Source: a virus
Strand: one strand, 5' to 3'
DNA length: 64,000 nucleotides
IMG/VR virus record: IMGVR_UViG_3300042563_002443
This document shows positions 1 through 9,787 of this stretch, one piece after another (position 1 is the first letter of the stretch; each line of letters opens with the position of its first letter). A program made the translations under genes and the position numbers. The notes beneath the pieces are model-generated. The model was not told the origin of the DNA. It did no database searches and worked only from the letters and a program-made list of their open reading frames with translations.

Positions 1-103
1 TTTACTGATTCGCAAATACACGAACGTGTTATGGCTATATGGCAAGAACAAATTAAACTGTTTAAAATTAAACCTAAAACAAAATAAATATAAACAACAA
101 GTT

Positions 104-583
104 ATGGCTAAAAATCATTGGCATAGTGCAGGAAGCTCTAAACGAGCTGAAGCATATAAATACGGTTATAAATCAGGTTTAGAACATACAGTTGCTGATC
201 AAATAAAAAACACTGAATATGATTTGAATTATGAGACAGAAACATTAAATTACGTAGTTCCAGAACGCAAAGCAAAATATACACCTGATTTTATTTTTAC
301 AAAAAAAGATGGCAATATTATGTACATTGAAACTAAAGGACGATGGACTAGTATTGATCGACTTAAAATGAAACATGTTTTAGCTTCGAATCCAGGCATT
401 GATATTCGCCTAGTATTTCAAACACCTACACAAAAAATTTCAAAAGGTAGCAAAACAACATATGAATCATATGCATTAAAGCTAGGAATTAAACATGTAG
501 CAAAAAAAGATATTCCCATGGAGTGGCTCACGGAATGTATTAAAACCGGTGAAGAATTAAAAAAACCTAAAACTTTTTTCTAA
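104..583 (+). CDS. T7 endonuclease I-like Holliday junction resolvase
   Basis: YKSGLE...YTPDF...IETKGRW motifs of the endonuclease I family. Start at ATG 104 (MAKNHWH) preferred over the ORF-track start at 26. Confidence 0.85.
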   Translation: MAKNHWHSAGSSKRAEAYKYGYKSGLEHTVADQIKNTEYDLNYETETLNYVVPERKAKYTPDFIFTKKDGNIMYIETKGRWTSIDRLKMKHVLASNPGIDIRLVFQTPTQKISKGSKTTYESYALKLGIKHVAKKDIPMEWLTECIKTGEELKKPKTFF

Positions 584-588
584 TTAGG

Positions 589-617
589 TTTGATTCGTAA
601 AATATTTTTAATATATT
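589..617 (+). promoter_or_regulatory. TTKGA-N18-TATAWT promoter-like element
   Basis: TTTGA 589-593 and TATATT 612-617; same spacing as the other copies. Confidence 0.5.
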
Positions 618-644
618 CATGATAATTAATTTATTTAATTAATA

Positions 645-701
645 GATTGATTCTTTTATTGAATCGATCGTTAGACCAGGAATGTAATGTATGTGTCTAA
701 C
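645..701 (+). ncRNA. Candidate small structured RNA or origin element (two adjacent hairpins)
   Basis: GATTGATTC(645-653)/GAATCGATC(661-669) and GTTAGAC(670-676)/GTCTAAC(695-701) in an otherwise very AT-rich 180-bp gap. Confidence 0.35.
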
Positions 702-728
702 TAATATTATTTATATTATTATATTTAA

Positions 729-757
729 TTGGAAAAGAACTAATAATTCATTATATT
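729..757 (+). promoter_or_regulatory. TTKGA-N18-TATAWT promoter-like element (leaderless primase mRNA)
   Basis: TTGGA 729 and TATATT 752-757; ATG follows 7 nt later. Confidence 0.6.
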
Positions 758-764
758 ATATATA

Positions 765-1709
765 ATGAAGAATCTTAAGTTATTACAGTTACTGGAATCA
801 GTATTAGGTAAAGGTAAATCTACTTCCGGGAATAACATTGCATTTTTCTCTCCTTTTATTTCTCACTACAAGCCAAAATTAGAAATTGATATCAATACTA
901 ATCATAACGGCGAAAATCCATGGCATTGTTGGATATCTGAAAAAAAAGGTCGAAGCATTGTTTCATTGTTTAAACAATTAAATTTATCAAAAGAAAAGTT
1001 TGAACAATTAGCCCGTATCATTGAAACTTCAAAGTATCGTAATCATGATACTACAACAGAAAAAAGTGTTGCAATACAATTGCCGGACGATTATCGACCA
1101 TTATGGATAAAAAAATTAACTCCTGATTATAGAAATGCAATTTATTATTTAGAATCTCGAGGAATTACTATTTTTGATATTATTAAATATCGAATTGGAT
1201 ATTGCGAGAATGGAGAATATTCCGGCAAAATTATTATTCCAAGTTATGATGGAAATGGTCAATTAAATTATTTTGTATCTAGAGCATTTTATAAGAATGA
1301 CAAACAAAAACATAAAAATCCTAAAATATCAAAAGATATTATTGGGTTCGAACTGTTTATAAATTGGGCAGAACCTATTATACTTTGCGAAGGTTCATTT
1401 GATGCAATTTCTATTAAAAGAAATGCAATTCCATTATTTGGAAAAATAATACAACCACAACTTCAAAAAAAAATTATTCAAGAGCGTGTACGAAACATTT
1501 ATATATGTTTAGATGCAGATGCATTAAAAAATGCACTTCAAATTGCTGAGCGATTTATGGGAGAAGGATTAAATGTATATTTTGTAGAATTAAAAAGTGA
1601 AGATGCATCAGAATTAGGATTTAAAAAAATTACAAATATATTAGCAGATATCGATGTTTTAACATTTGAACGATTAATGCAATTAAAAATGGGAATGATA
1701 TGGGCATAA
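765..1709 (+). CDS. dnaG: DNA primase (DnaG/gp61-like, TOPRIM)
   Basis: IIIPSYD...YFVSR, LCEGSFDA and CLDAD TOPRIM motifs; N-terminal Zn-binding-like region. Confidence 0.9.
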   Translation: MKNLKLLQLLESVLGKGKSTSGNNIAFFSPFISHYKPKLEIDINTNHNGENPWHCWISEKKGRSIVSLFKQLNLSKEKFEQLARIIETSKYRNHDTTTEKSVAIQLPDDYRPLWIKKLTPDYRNAIYYLESRGITIFDIIKYRIGYCENGEYSGKIIIPSYDGNGQLNYFVSRAFYKNDKQKHKNPKISKDIIGFELFINWAEPIILCEGSFDAISIKRNAIPLFGKIIQPQLQKKIIQERVRNIYICLDADALKNALQIAERFMGEGLNVYFVELKSEDASELGFKKITNILADIDVLTFERLMQLKMGMIWA

Positions 1710-4700
1710 AAAAGATTGATATTGGTATTGATAAGATTGATAAAATTTTTCACGTATCAGATATTCATATCCGAACATTAAAACGACATAAAGAATATCG
1801 CGAAGTATTTCAAAACATGTTTGACCATATTAATTGTCATTCAACTAAAAATAGTATTGCAGTTGTTACTGGAGATATTGTGCACAGCAAATTAGATATG
1901 TCTCCGGAGCTAATTCAGATGCTAGTAGAATTTTTTAATGGATTTACAATACCTACAATTGTTATTCTAGGAAACCATGACATGAATTTGAATAATATGC
2001 AGAGAATTGATGCTGTTAGTCCTATTCTAGATGTTATCAATAATAAAAATATCATCTTTATTAAAGATAACGGATTGTTTGAATGCGGCGGAATTACATG
2101 GAACCATATGGCGGTTGATGTTGCACCAACTGAATACATTATGGCAAAAGATTTTACTGCATCTTATAAAATTGCAATGCACCATGGTGCTGTAAATACT
2201 GCTAAGACTGATATAGGATACCAAATATCAAACGAACATGTAACTACAGAATTATTTGCAGGACATGATTTAACATTGTTAGGAGATATTCATAAACCTG
2301 CACAATTTTTAGATGCTGCCCAAACAATTGCTTATCCAGGTTCATTGATTCAACAAAATCATGGCGAAGCATTAGACCATGGAATTTTAGTTTGGGATAT
2401 TGAATCTAAAAGTGCTAAGTTTGTTGAAATTCAAAATGATTATGGTTATGTTACAATAGAAGTTGATGGGACTACAATTGTCAAGTCTCCACATCGAATG
2501 CCAAACAAACCTAGAGTCAGAATAAAATTTCATGAAACTAGTGCAGCTGACATGAAACGGTTGATTGCAACAATTCGTAAAAAATATGATGTTCAGGACA
2601 TTACAATACAACGTAGTACATCAGGACCAGATTCTAATGCAACAGCATCATTTACAATTGGCAATGTACGAGATGTAGAATATCAAAACACGTTAATTAC
2701 TGATTATATTTCAATTAATCATCCACAAGCAACTGCTGAAGAAACTGATGCAATTAGATATATTAATCGAACAATTAATTCAAAATTACCAGCAGTAGAA
2801 TCAATACGACATACAACATGGCATCCTATATCATTTGAATTCGATAACATGTTTTCATATGGCGAAGGCAATGTTATTAATTTTGAAAAGTTATCAGATG
2901 TATGTGGTTTATTTGCGGCAAATACCTCAGGTAAATCATCACTATTAGATGCAATTACATATACTATATTTGATAAATGTAGTAAAACAGGTAAAGCAAA
3001 TGAAGTTTTGAACAACAAAAAAACTACATTTAATGGCATTTTTAAATTTGAAATGAATGGCATTCAATATACAATTGAAAGGCGCGGCACCAAGAAAAAA
3101 GAAAAACATGTTAAGGTAGATGTAGATTTTTATACTGACACTGAAAATTTAAATGGTGAAGAACGAAGTGATACAAACAAATCAATTCGTCGTTATTTAG
3201 GCACATATGATGATTTTATTTTAACTGCATTTTCACTTCAAGCTGATAATAATAATTTTATTGAAAAGTCTCAAAAAGAACGCAAAGATTTGCTTTCACA
3301 GTTTTTAGATATTACAGTATTTGAACAACTATATCAACTTGCAGCTGACGAAATTAAAGAAACTGCCGGAAAATTAAAAACATATAAAAAAACAGATTTC
3401 GATATCATTATCAATGATGCTGATACTATTATTACAAATAATCAACAAGATATTACTAACCTAGAAAAAAAGGAAGATGTATATCAAGAATCTAGAAATG
3501 ATCTACAAACTAAAATGTTGCAACTTATTGAGACAAAACAGCCAACAACATATAACGGTCCAGACATTGATGATTTAATACAAGTAGAAACAACACTTAC
3601 AAAAAAAGTTACACAATTACAAACAGACATTGAATTAGCAGAAATAAATTTAGAAACGGTTGTTAGTAAATATTTAATAATCAAACGAGATATACGAGCA
3701 TTTAATGAAAATAAACTAGTTACAGAATTAAGATCACTAGAAAAATTTGAAACTGAATTAGAACAAATTGAGTTAACTGTTAAAAAACAACAAGGAATTA
3801 TAAATGCAAAGCAAGAAAAAATTAATCATCTTTCCGACCATGAATATGATCCGGAATGCAAATACTGTACATCTAACGTTTTCGTACAAGATGCAATTGC
3901 GGCTCAAAATACGATTGATACAGATCGATCAATATTAGACGAATTACAACTTAATCAAAAAACTTTAAACAATACAATATTAGAATATGATGCTGTACGT
4001 GTGGAGTTGTCGACATTGAACAATTTAAAACAACTACATGAAACAAATCGGTTATCGATAGAAAAACAAGAATTGCAAATTCAAATTTTAGAAAATGATT
4101 TACAAACTCGTGAATCTGAATTAGAAACATGTTTAGAGCGACAAGAATTATTTCGTGCTAATGAATCGGCAATTATACATAATAAAACGGTAGATTCGGA
4201 AATTGCAACTTGCAAAGAAACAATTGATTCATTAACAAAATTAATAAAACAAACTACAGATACAATTCGAAGTAAACATGGCAAAATTGAAGTTGCTAAA
4301 ACTACAAAGAAAACAGCAATCGAATCTTTAGACACCTACAAACAATTAGAAACTGAATATAAAGCTTATGAATATTATTTAGATTCAGTTAAACGTGATG
4401 GCGTCCCGTATGAATTAATTGCAAAAGCAATGCCAAAGATTGAAGCTGAAATTAACAATGTATTGAATCAAGTAGTTGATTTTAATATGGTGCTTCAAAG
4501 TGACGGCAAAAATATCAATGGATATATTATTTATGATGAAGACAATTTTTGGCCTCTAGAATTAACAAGTGGAATGGAACGATTTATTAGCTCATTAGCA
4601 ATACGCATTGCATTAATCAATGTTTCCGCATTACCTCGTCCTAATTTTATTGCAATTGACGAAGGTTGGGGAAGTTTAGATGCAGAACATATCTCAGCAG

Positions 4701-4840
4701 TAGTAAATTTGTTTGATTATTTTCGCACTAAGTTTGATTTTTCAATTATCATATCACATGTAGATACAATGCGAGATATGGTTGATAATTTAATTGAAGT
4801 TAACAAAATAAATAATTTTAGCTGTATTCAACACAATTGA
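1700..4840 (+). CDS. Fused SbcD/Mre11 nuclease - SbcC/Rad50 ATPase (gp47-gp46-like)
   Basis: SDIH, TGD, GNHD, GDIH, YPGS phosphoesterase motifs; Walker A ANTSGKSS; coiled coil with CKYC zinc hook; LTSGME signature; IDEGWG Walker B; IISH. Confidence 0.92.
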   Translation: MGIKKIDIGIDKIDKIFHVSDIHIRTLKRHKEYREVFQNMFDHINCHSTKNSIAVVTGDIVHSKLDMSPELIQMLVEFFNGFTIPTIVILGNHDMNLNNMQRIDAVSPILDVINNKNIIFIKDNGLFECGGITWNHMAVDVAPTEYIMAKDFTASYKIAMHHGAVNTAKTDIGYQISNEHVTTELFAGHDLTLLGDIHKPAQFLDAAQTIAYPGSLIQQNHGEALDHGILVWDIESKSAKFVEIQNDYGYVTIEVDGTTIVKSPHRMPNKPRVRIKFHETSAADMKRLIATIRKKYDVQDITIQRSTSGPDSNATASFTIGNVRDVEYQNTLITDYISINHPQATAEETDAIRYINRTINSKLPAVESIRHTTWHPISFEFDNMFSYGEGNVINFEKLSDVCGLFAANTSGKSSLLDAITYTIFDKCSKTGKANEVLNNKKTTFNGIFKFEMNGIQYTIERRGTKKKEKHVKVDVDFYTDTENLNGEERSDTNKSIRRYLGTYDDFILTAFSLQADNNNFIEKSQKERKDLLSQFLDITVFEQLYQLAADEIKETAGKLKTYKKTDFDIIINDADTIITNNQQDITNLEKKEDVYQESRNDLQTKMLQLIETKQPTTYNGPDIDDLIQVETTLTKKVTQLQTDIELAEINLETVVSKYLIIKRDIRAFNENKLVTELRSLEKFETELEQIELTVKKQQGIINAKQEKINHLSDHEYDPECKYCTSNVFVQDAIAAQNTIDTDRSILDELQLNQKTLNNTILEYDAVRVELSTLNNLKQLHETNRLSIEKQELQIQILENDLQTRESELETCLERQELFRANESAIIHNKTVDSEIATCKETIDSLTKLIKQTTDTIRSKHGKIEVAKTTKKTAIESLDTYKQLETEYKAYEYYLDSVKRDGVPYELIAKAMPKIEAEINNVLNQVVDFNMVLQSDGKNINGYIIYDEDNFWPLELTSGMERFISSLAIRIALINVSALPRPNFIAIDEGWGSLDAEHISAVVNLFDYFRTKFDFSIIISHVDTMRDMVDNLIEVNKINNFSCIQHN

Positions 4841-4847
4841 TATTTAT
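4840..4847 (+). promoter_or_regulatory. ATATTTAT late-promoter-like motif (representative copy)
   Basis: Copies start at 4840, 9757, 12318, 16118, 17993, 21940, 24816, 25795, 31154, 33154, 39403, 40361, 42900, 43506, 44521, 52232, 53870, 59487 and 61642, each upstream of a gene start. Confidence 0.7.
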
Positions 4848-4868
4848 ATAAAAGAATATTAAGGTGTA

Positions 4869-7800
4869 ATGCAACGTAAAAAAACAGTCTATAAGGGTTT
4901 ACAGTTTATCGATGTATGGTATACTGATACATCATTAACTTCGCCTGATTATTTTCAAATTTCTGAATTTCCAACTAGATTAACTGCCGGCAAAAATTTA
5001 TTTAAATTGCTAGGAAACCCAACAACGTTAAAAGTCGGCGGATATCTTAACCTTGAAATTTTAGATTATAATGGCGATCCAATTTATTATGAAGTTGTTA
5101 ATTATATTGATGAAGACACGAGCCGAGTAATTGCAATTTATATTTATGAAGATACACCTCCGGGCGACTGCACAATAACATTAACTGCTGAATCAGTAAA
5201 TGCACCACCGGAATGGCAAGGTCGTGCAAACATCAAATGGACGCGCACCGTACAAGTTAATCCTACAGTACCAAATGATTCAGAAATTATTTTTGAAACA
5301 TTGCCGTCAATAACATTATCAGAACAAATTGGTCCGCATTTAGATCGAACATATACAACAGACCAATTTCCTATATATACAACCGGAAAAATTAAATATT
5401 TTTTATTGAATAATCAACCTGCTATTGAAATTAGTGGTGGATCATTTATAAATGATATGACTGCTGGAACAGTTACTGTTGCTGCCCCTCAAAATGCAGC
5501 CCCATTGCCAACATATACTCCGTCTACGACGGCATATACATCGAGCATTAAAAAAGTATTATCTTCAACTACCGCATTGTTAGATACAGCATATACGGTA
5601 TACAGTAGTAAAACTATTTTTCCACATATTTACACAAATTTTGCAAATTCATCATTTTCATTAACATATGAATCAACCCCAACATATACAGAAACACAAA
5701 ATTCTGAATCATATGCATTAATACAAATTTCAGGGTTGCAACCAGCAACAGGTGATGTTTCTAGAATTAAAACGTTCATGAACAATAACGGTACCGTTGG
5801 AACATGGGAGTTGATCAATGATGTAGAATTGGCAGAGACGGAAATATTTGTAACCGATACAGCATCATTATTCCCGGATACATCTATAGGATCATTTACA
5901 TCACAAGATATTATTGATGCATATTGGTCAAGAAATGCTTACCGAGGCAAGACTACATTAACAGCACCAACGTTGGTATGGAGTACTGCATCTATTGATA
6001 ATGCAATGAAAATATCTAGTGCACTTAATTTAGATGCAAAAGATACTGTTTTAAAAATACGATCTGATATAAACGGTATATTCCAGGAAAATGCATCATA
6101 TAAAATAACAATAGATGCATTAGGTACTAGATCAGGAAGTGTAGCCCCGGTATTAGCTATATATATGTCAGGTAGTTCATTTTATCAAGATCCAACAGAT
6201 TATTTTAATCAGGAATTTTCTACAAAATTTGGAAAACGAATAGGAGAATTACGTGTAACTAGTAATAATCAACGTTTTGACGATTATGTAGTAAATTTTA
6301 ATTCTGACTATACTGGTACCGGTATTTTACAATTAGTTGTTGAATCAGGCAATTGGCAAGTTGCTAACATTAGAACTACATCAGATAATGATGCTGGATA
6401 TACACCTGATTATACCAGAATAAAAAGTTTAGTACCAACCGCACATAAATCAAACAATCAACTTTCATTTAAGATTGAATATTATAATGTTGCTGGAGTT
6501 AAAAGTAAACAAATTAATTATAGTTTAAACAACAATTGGCAAGGAGGCAACCGTTACGTAGACGGTGATTTTTCAATGCTTACGGGTTCATTGTATGTTG
6601 CAGATTCGTTAGGTAGTGGTATTGAAATAGCCGGCAATACCAGTACTGGTTATATTAGAACTTTAGGATATCAAGGTTTTGACTATGGCGCGTCCGGATT
6701 CCTAATGTGGTCGGGATCAGCACTACCTGGAAAAACATCTAAAGGAAATCCATATTCAGGTGTCGGCCTAGAATTATATCAAGATACTAACAACTATTTT
6801 AGATATTCAACATCAGACAGTGAATTAGATATACACACATCAAAATTCTTTTTGGGTGGCACAAATCAATACATAAGTGGTAGCGGCGGCAAACTTGCAA
6901 TATCATCTTCTAATTTTTATTTAAGTGCCTCTGGTGATGTAACAATGACCGGAAAAATAACTGCAACATCAGGTAGAATTGGCGGATTTGAAATAACTCA
7001 AGATGCAATTACAGGATCAGGATTTTATTTGTCAGGTTCTGCAACTGGTAATGGTTTCTTTATAAGTTCAAGCAAATTCAATGTAAAAGCAAATGGCGAT
7101 ATAACAGGAAGCAATGTGTTGTTTACTGGAGGCAAAATAGCCGGATTTACAATTAGTGATAATACTTTATCCAACGCAAACAATTTTTATATATCAGGTG
7201 CTGCCTCTGGAAATGATTTCTTTATTTCATCTTCGAAGTTTAATGTTAAAGCTTCAGGGGATGTTACTGGTTCGCAAGTATTGTTTACCGGCGGCAAAAT
7301 TGGATCATTTACATTAACTAACAACGCATTAAGTGCAGGATCTACATTTTTAATATCAAGTTCAGTCGATGTAGGTAATTTAAGTACAGCATTTTTTATA
7401 AGTTCAAGCAAATTCAATGTTCGACAAGATGGCACAATATCTGGGTCTCAAGTATTGTTTGACGGAGGCAAAGTTGGCGGATTTACAATTAATTCTTCAA
7501 AAATTACTGGCACAAACATTGTAATAGATAGTGCAGGCTCAATTCAAACGTCTGATTATGCATCTGATTTAAAAGGATGGAAAATTTCTGCCGCAGGAAA
7601 TGGATCTGCAGAATTTGAAAATGCAAAAATTCGAGGAACGTTAGCAACCACTGTATTTGAAAAAACATCAGTTAATGCAGTTGGAGGACAATTATATGTT
7701 GCAAATTCAACTACATTAACAGGATCAAGTTTTGCAGGAGCAAGTCCAAATGGTAATTATACTCCTACGCAAACAACAATGTCTGTAGAAAATGTTACAG

Positions 7801-8900
7801 GATTCGAGACTGGAGAAATACTTACTGCTAAAAAGTTTAGTGGTACCGGATTTGCAACAGAATATTTATATGTAAATTCAGCATCTCGAGATGGAGTAGG
7901 CGACACAGATTTAACGGGTAGACTATATGTAACTAGAGCATATGGAAATGGACTTACAGGAAATTCGGCATCATTAGGAGAATCACCTAGCGCAGCTCAA
8001 AGTTATTCAGGCTCGCAAGTAATTGTGTCAACCGGTAAATTAAATACTGGATTCATTCGTATTAATGCTAATCCAAATGATACAGCAACTCCATATATTG
8101 ACATTGTTGAAAGAACCGGTAGTGGAATTTATGATGTTGCACTAAAAGCTCGTTTAGGTGATTTATCCGGATTAGCAAATAGCAGTTATGTGTTTGGAAA
8201 ATCTAATCCTGGTTTTGGTTTAGCTACCGATAATGTATTTTTGCAAGGTGGTATTATTGCTAATACGGGTAGTATCGGCGGCATCAACATGACTTCAAGC
8301 AAATTATTTACAGGCACAGGTACATTTAATAATTCTAATACTGGATTTTATTTAGACAATGCCGGCCAATTTTCTTTAAAAGACAAACTTTCATGGAATG
8401 GTACCACATTAATAGTTTCAGGCACCATAAACGCAACCACCGGAAATATTGGAGGGTTTGCAATTACGCAGAATGCAATAACAGGTTCAGGATTTTACTT
8501 ATCAGGATCTGCCACCGGAAATGAATTTTTTATATCATCATCAAAATTCAATGTAAAAGCAAATGGCGATGTAACTGCATCAAATGCAAATATTGGAGGA
8601 CGAATTGAAGCTTTATCGTTTGTGCAATCTCATATTAAATTGTTAGATTCAAACTCCGGGTCATATCAAACAGCCGGCTCTACTGTAGCTAGCAAAAATT
8701 TAGTTTTTGACGGATCAGCTGGTGGCAATCCAATTGGTGCAATGACAATAGCAACAACCACCGGATTTCAAATTAGTGGAATAACAACCGCCGGCGGCTC
8801 CGACCAATTAACAGACGTAACATTATTTATAAGCACCCCTGGAGTTACTTTAATAAACACAATAGCTGACGCTCCAATTGCTGAAGGAACTAAATCATAA
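4869..8900 (+). CDS. Large virion structural / tail fibre-like protein with internal repeats
   Basis: 1343 aa, G/S/T-rich, with repeated FxISSSKFNVKAxGDxTGS...GGKIGGFTI units; preceded by the late-type motif. Confidence 0.65.
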   Translation: MQRKKTVYKGLQFIDVWYTDTSLTSPDYFQISEFPTRLTAGKNLFKLLGNPTTLKVGGYLNLEILDYNGDPIYYEVVNYIDEDTSRVIAIYIYEDTPPGDCTITLTAESVNAPPEWQGRANIKWTRTVQVNPTVPNDSEIIFETLPSITLSEQIGPHLDRTYTTDQFPIYTTGKIKYFLLNNQPAIEISGGSFINDMTAGTVTVAAPQNAAPLPTYTPSTTAYTSSIKKVLSSTTALLDTAYTVYSSKTIFPHIYTNFANSSFSLTYESTPTYTETQNSESYALIQISGLQPATGDVSRIKTFMNNNGTVGTWELINDVELAETEIFVTDTASLFPDTSIGSFTSQDIIDAYWSRNAYRGKTTLTAPTLVWSTASIDNAMKISSALNLDAKDTVLKIRSDINGIFQENASYKITIDALGTRSGSVAPVLAIYMSGSSFYQDPTDYFNQEFSTKFGKRIGELRVTSNNQRFDDYVVNFNSDYTGTGILQLVVESGNWQVANIRTTSDNDAGYTPDYTRIKSLVPTAHKSNNQLSFKIEYYNVAGVKSKQINYSLNNNWQGGNRYVDGDFSMLTGSLYVADSLGSGIEIAGNTSTGYIRTLGYQGFDYGASGFLMWSGSALPGKTSKGNPYSGVGLELYQDTNNYFRYSTSDSELDIHTSKFFLGGTNQYISGSGGKLAISSSNFYLSASGDVTMTGKITATSGRIGGFEITQDAITGSGFYLSGSATGNGFFISSSKFNVKANGDITGSNVLFTGGKIAGFTISDNTLSNANNFYISGAASGNDFFISSSKFNVKASGDVTGSQVLFTGGKIGSFTLTNNALSAGSTFLISSSVDVGNLSTAFFISSSKFNVRQDGTISGSQVLFDGGKVGGFTINSSKITGTNIVIDSAGSIQTSDYASDLKGWKISAAGNGSAEFENAKIRGTLATTVFEKTSVNAVGGQLYVANSTTLTGSSFAGASPNGNYTPTQTTMSVENVTGFETGEILTAKKFSGTGFATEYLYVNSASRDGVGDTDLTGRLYVTRAYGNGLTGNSASLGESPSAAQSYSGSQVIVSTGKLNTGFIRINANPNDTATPYIDIVERTGSGIYDVALKARLGDLSGLANSSYVFGKSNPGFGLATDNVFLQGGIIANTGSIGGINMTSSKLFTGTGTFNNSNTGFYLDNAGQFSLKDKLSWNGTTLIVSGTINATTGNIGGFAITQNAITGSGFYLSGSATGNEFFISSSKFNVKANGDVTASNANIGGRIEALSFVQSHIKLLDSNSGSYQTAGSTVASKNLVFDGSAGGNPIGAMTIATTTGFQISGITTAGGSDQLTDVTLFISTPGVTLINTIADAPIAEGTKS

Positions 8901-8918
8901 CAATAAAAGAAAAATAAT

Positions 8919-9707
8919 ATGCCAAACATACCATTATCATCAGGCGAAACTTTTGTATTATCCAAAAAAAACAACGTTGCATATATTAAATCATCAACTG
9001 ATTCTGCAGAACAAAATTTGTTTATAAGAAATGATATACAATTAACCGGTTCAGCTGGCGCGGGAACTACTATTTTCAACACTGGTTATATTGAATTAAC
9101 AAACACAAACGCCGGTTCAGACTCATATATTGTGTTTAAGCCTAGCACTGTAGCCCTACAAAATTTTGTGTTAGGATATGACGATAGCCAAAACCGATTT
9201 GCTTTAGGTACCGGCAATACTCTAGCTAGCACAACCGCCACCCGGGTAGTATTCCATGTTCATTCAGGTTCGCGCATATTACATGTAAATGAAGGATTAA
9301 CGGTTACCGGTAGCATTAATGTTAGTAGTAGTGGCGACATTAATTCTGGCATTGTAAATAATAATTTTGTTTTTTACAATACTAGTGACTCCAATTTAAC
9401 AGTCGATGCTGCTGTAACTCAATCATTAGCATGGGTGGTTGAGTTTACAGCAGATAGAGCGTTATTTATTACTAACTTAACAAAGGGAAGAAAGTTTGAA
9501 GCCTATATTCAAAACACCAACGCAGCATCACGCACAATAACATTTAGTGGAAGTGCCGGAACTGCCGGAGGTGTAGGGTTAGCATTAGCAAAATACACCG
9601 GAGCTTGGGGCAGTTCAAAAACTATTGATGCAGATTATGGCGCAGCTTATATTCATGTACAAAACTTTGGCACTGCCACTAATTCAATTTTTGGTTCAAT
9701 AACATAA
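8919..9707 (+). CDS. Tail fibre-associated structural protein
   Basis: Beta-rich G/S/T composition; directly follows the fibre-like gene. Confidence 0.5.
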   Translation: MPNIPLSSGETFVLSKKNNVAYIKSSTDSAEQNLFIRNDIQLTGSAGAGTTIFNTGYIELTNTNAGSDSYIVFKPSTVALQNFVLGYDDSQNRFALGTGNTLASTTATRVVFHVHSGSRILHVNEGLTVTGSINVSSSGDINSGIVNNNFVFYNTSDSNLTVDAAVTQSLAWVVEFTADRALFITNLTKGRKFEAYIQNTNAASRTITFSGSAGTAGGVGLALAKYTGAWGSSKTIDADYGAAYIHVQNFGTATNSIFGSIT

Positions 9708-9787
9708 AATATTTTATATTCGTCAAAAAAATAAATTTATATAATATATTCTAATCATATTTATTAAAATAACATGTTAACTATCAT

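Noticed and set aside
26-103. ORF-track upstream starts (26; likewise 14440, 20164, 28793, 54283)
   Set aside because: Downstream ATGs (104, 14512, 20191, 28802, 54331) fit gene packing and protein features better.
7862-7869. ATATTTAT copy inside the 4869 gene
   Set aside because: Mid-CDS with no nearby start; expected by chance in AT-rich DNA.
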